A stretch of DNA of 64,000 nt from Epiperipatus broadwayi (lineage: Eukaryota; Animalia; Onychophora): contig JAQFVV010000004.1 in assembly GCA_028023455.1 (NCBI GenBank), forward strand, positions 6,572,001-6,636,000, written 5' to 3'. Shown in pieces: positions 63,962 to 64,000 of the stretch. Both the position numbers and the translations under genes were made by a program. The notes under the pieces were generated by a model. The model worked only from the letters and a program-made list of their open reading frames with translations, did not search any database and was not told the origin of the DNA. The stretch's first letter is position 1; each line of letters starts with the position of its first letter.

Positions 63962-64000
63962 TTTTATTCATCAACCATTATCAATCCACTGCATGATGAA
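63962..64000 (-). mobile_element. RTE LINE 3' tail fragment (runs off the window)
   Basis: CATCAACCATTATCAATCCACTG matches the end of 30850-31365. Confidence 0.75.

Overview
A very AT-rich, CpG-depleted animal-type genomic window (probably intergenic or intronic DNA of an invertebrate; inference). I cannot support any host protein-coding exon. Recognisable content is almost all transposon debris: degenerate L1/Tx1-like and RTE-clade LINEs, a Penelope GIY-YIG remnant, Merlin, hAT and Tc1-like DNA transposon remnants, and about 9 copies of a tRNA-Gly(TCC)-derived SINE. The main signal is invisible to the ORF track. The window carries 20 full or partial minimal type-I hammerhead ribozyme (HHR) motifs in four unrelated dispersed non-coding repeat families, here called A, B, C and D. 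Their consensus stem III is a self-complementary palindrome (ATACGTAT, ACTAGT, ACCGGT/ACCATGGT, AGCGCT), the hallmark of HHRs that cleave as dimers. Families A and B show monomers of about 466 and 456 nt with terminal redundancy, as expected for retrozyme-like multimeric or circular RNA. Most insertions are divergent head-to-head composites of two overlapping partial copies, and many are bounded by 11-14 bp target-site duplications (TSDs). This suggests each target nick primed on its own RNA copy, possibly the two partners of a ribozyme dimer. Family D has a compensatory A3-U8 catalytic core, with stem I covarying between copies. All structures were read by eye; no folding, alignment or database search was run.
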